Shown piece after piece: positions 46,077-47,585 of a stretch of 47,585 nucleotides of DNA. Origin of the DNA: Actinomycetota bacterium (GTDB lineage Bacteria; Actinomycetota; Acidimicrobiia; Acidimicrobiales; Poriferisodalaceae); the NCBI GenBank assembly GCA_002724355.1, contig PBOM01000057.1, positions 75,894 through 123,478 on the forward strand. The letters are read 5' to 3'. Within the stretch, counting starts at the first letter, position 1, and each line of letters starts with the position of its first letter. The position numbers were made by a program, and so were the translations under genes. The notes under the pieces are model-generated. The model was not told where the DNA came from. It did not search any database and saw nothing but the letters and a program-made list of their open reading frames with translations.

Positions 46077-47581
46077 TTGAGGCGAGGGAAAAGTGGGTCG
46101 CCTTTAAGGACCGCAAGTCCGGCAGGGTACTGTCCCCACTGAATGCTTTCGGGAAGTTGTTGTTCTAGGTCGTCTCCGATTCCAATTCGACGTCGAATTT
46201 CTTTACATGCGTCGGGCACTGCTGGGGATGCGAGCACGGAGATAATTCTCAGAACTTCCAAGGCGTTGCCCAAAACAGCGTCCACTTCCGGTCCGGGGTC
46301 TGACTTCCAAGGCTCTGCTTGTTCCAGGTAAGCGTTTGTTTCTCGAATGATTCTCCATGTTGAGTCGAGGGCTTCGGATGGAGCAATTCGTTCCCAGGCA
46401 TCGGCTATATGCCCATATTCCTCTTCCACGATGCTGGCGAGTGGGCTTTCTTGTTCTGGAGCCGGTCCAATCCCATCACATTTTGATGCGACCACGGTTG
46501 TTACTCGGCTCAGCAAGTTACCCAAATTGTTGGCAAGGTCAGCGTTGTATCGAGCCGTCATCCCTTCATGGCTGAAGTCTCCATCTGGCCCAAAAGCTTG
46601 GTCATGCAGGAAATGGTGTCGAACTCCATCAACGCCGAACTCGTCAACTAAATCTGATGGGGCTATTTGATTAAGTCGGGTTTTCGACATCTTTTCTCCA
46701 CCTACCAGTAAAAACCCATGCACATGTACGCGTTCGGGGGGCGCTAGGCCAGCGCTCATCAACATCGCTGGCCAGTACACGCAGTGAAACCTGAGAATGT
46801 CTTTCCCAATGAGATGGACCCCAGGCCACCACCTGTCGAATTCTTGTGGATTGTCAACGTATCCGGCAGCAGTGATGTAGTTCGTCAACGCATCGAACCA
46901 CACGTAGGTGACGTGTGAGGGATCCCAAGGAAGTGGTATGCCCCAATCGATGGAGGTCCTGCTAATCGAAAAGTCTTGAAGCCCTTGGTTGATGAAGCCG
47001 AGAGCTTCATTTCTTTTGGTTGCTGGGACAACGAAATCGGGGTGTGTTTCGTACCAATCTTTAAGTGCTTCTTCGTAACGGCTTAGCTTAAAAAAATAGT
47101 TCTCTTCGGTGACATGTTCTACGGGTCTGCCATGTATTGGACAGTTCCCGTTATCGAGATCACCTTCACCGAAATAAGCTTCGCAACTCACGCAATACAA
47201 ACCTTCATACGTCTGAAGATCTACGTCTCCGTTGTCATAACAAGCTTGTAGGAGTTTCTCCACTGCCGTGTAGTGGCGTTGTTCACTAGTTCGAATGAAA
47301 TCGTCGTTAGATATCCCCAGCTGTCGCCAAGCATCTTGAAACCTGACAACTGTTTGATCTGCCCATTCGATTGGTGAGCAGTTGTTTTCTTCGGCGGCTC
47401 GTTGCACCTTCAGCCCGTGCTCATCGGTTCCTGTAAGAAAGCGCACGTCGCGACCAAGGAGCCGGTTCCACCTCGCGACGGCATCTGCCGTGATGGTCGT
47501 GTAGGCGTGGCCGATGTGGGGCGCGTCGTTCACGTAATAGATCGGAGTGGTGACGTAGTAAGGCGTGGTCACGGTTGACAT
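46073..47581 (-). CDS. metG: methionine--tRNA ligase (short form without C-terminal tRNA-binding appendix)
   Basis: HIGH motif (APHIGHAYT), KMSKS motif (EKMSKT) and a zinc knuckle (CVSCEAYF...CPIHG); 502 aa. Confidence 0.96.
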   Translation of the reverse strand: MSTVTTPYYVTTPIYYVNDAPHIGHAYTTITADAVARWNRLLGRDVRFLTGTDEHGLKVQRAAEENNCSPIEWADQTVVRFQDAWRQLGISNDDFIRTSEQRHYTAVEKLLQACYDNGDVDLQTYEGLYCVSCEAYFGEGDLDNGNCPIHGRPVEHVTEENYFFKLSRYEEALKDWYETHPDFVVPATKRNEALGFINQGLQDFSISRTSIDWGIPLPWDPSHVTYVWFDALTNYITAAGYVDNPQEFDRWWPGVHLIGKDILRFHCVYWPAMLMSAGLAPPERVHVHGFLLVGGEKMSKTRLNQIAPSDLVDEFGVDGVRHHFLHDQAFGPDGDFSHEGMTARYNADLANNLGNLLSRVTTVVASKCDGIGPAPEQESPLASIVEEEYGHIADAWERIAPSEALDSTWRIIRETNAYLEQAEPWKSDPGPEVDAVLGNALEVLRIISVLASPAVPDACKEIRRRIGIGDDLEQQLPESIQWGQYPAGLAVLKGDPLFPRLK

Positions 47582-47585
47582 GGTA

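Overview
The window is a 47.6-kb, about 95% coding, moderate-GC stretch of an actinobacterial chromosome, probably a streamlined Acidimicrobiia-like marine lineage. The lineage call is an inference from Rpf, bS22 and Mycobacterium-like synteny. From 19.4 kb to 47.6 kb it is a conserved, almost entirely minus-strand housekeeping backbone: metG-tatD-rpf-rsmA-ispE, bS22, tRNA-Gln, glmU-like-prs-rplY-pth-mfd, a lipoprotein, mazG-eno-ftsB, then DUF501-ppx-GNAT and tRNA-Leu. An 8.6-kb block (23.2-31.8 kb) interrupts this backbone. It encodes the small and medium subunits of a CODH/xanthine-dehydrogenase-type molybdoenzyme plus a full maturation set (coxD, coxE, xdhC, mocA-like, coxG), a TetR, an SDR and an acyl-CoA dehydrogenase, but no catalytic large subunit. 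From 0.2 kb to 19.4 kb lies an accessory block rich in oxidoreductases and transporters: a fused IOR, 2 MFS, EamA, SDR, PhyH dioxygenase, NtaA/DszA-type and F420-type LLM enzymes, a 2-hydroxyacid dehydrogenase, long-form inositol-3-phosphate synthase, LysR, P450, a hydrolase, a SnoaL-like protein and a KPR-like protein. The most interesting signal is that two track ORFs (5038..5733 and 5737..6183) are one gene. They are joined by an in-frame UGA at a U-x-x-C motif with a hairpin just downstream, which indicates an orphan PrdB/GrdB-family selenoprotein in an operon with no other reductase components. Other notable points are a GlmU homolog lacking its acetyltransferase half, a split XdhC, the unannotated 31-codon bS22 gene, and an extremely AT-rich LysR/ino1 control region. 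I saw no CRISPR array, rRNA, transposase, integrase or prophage genes.
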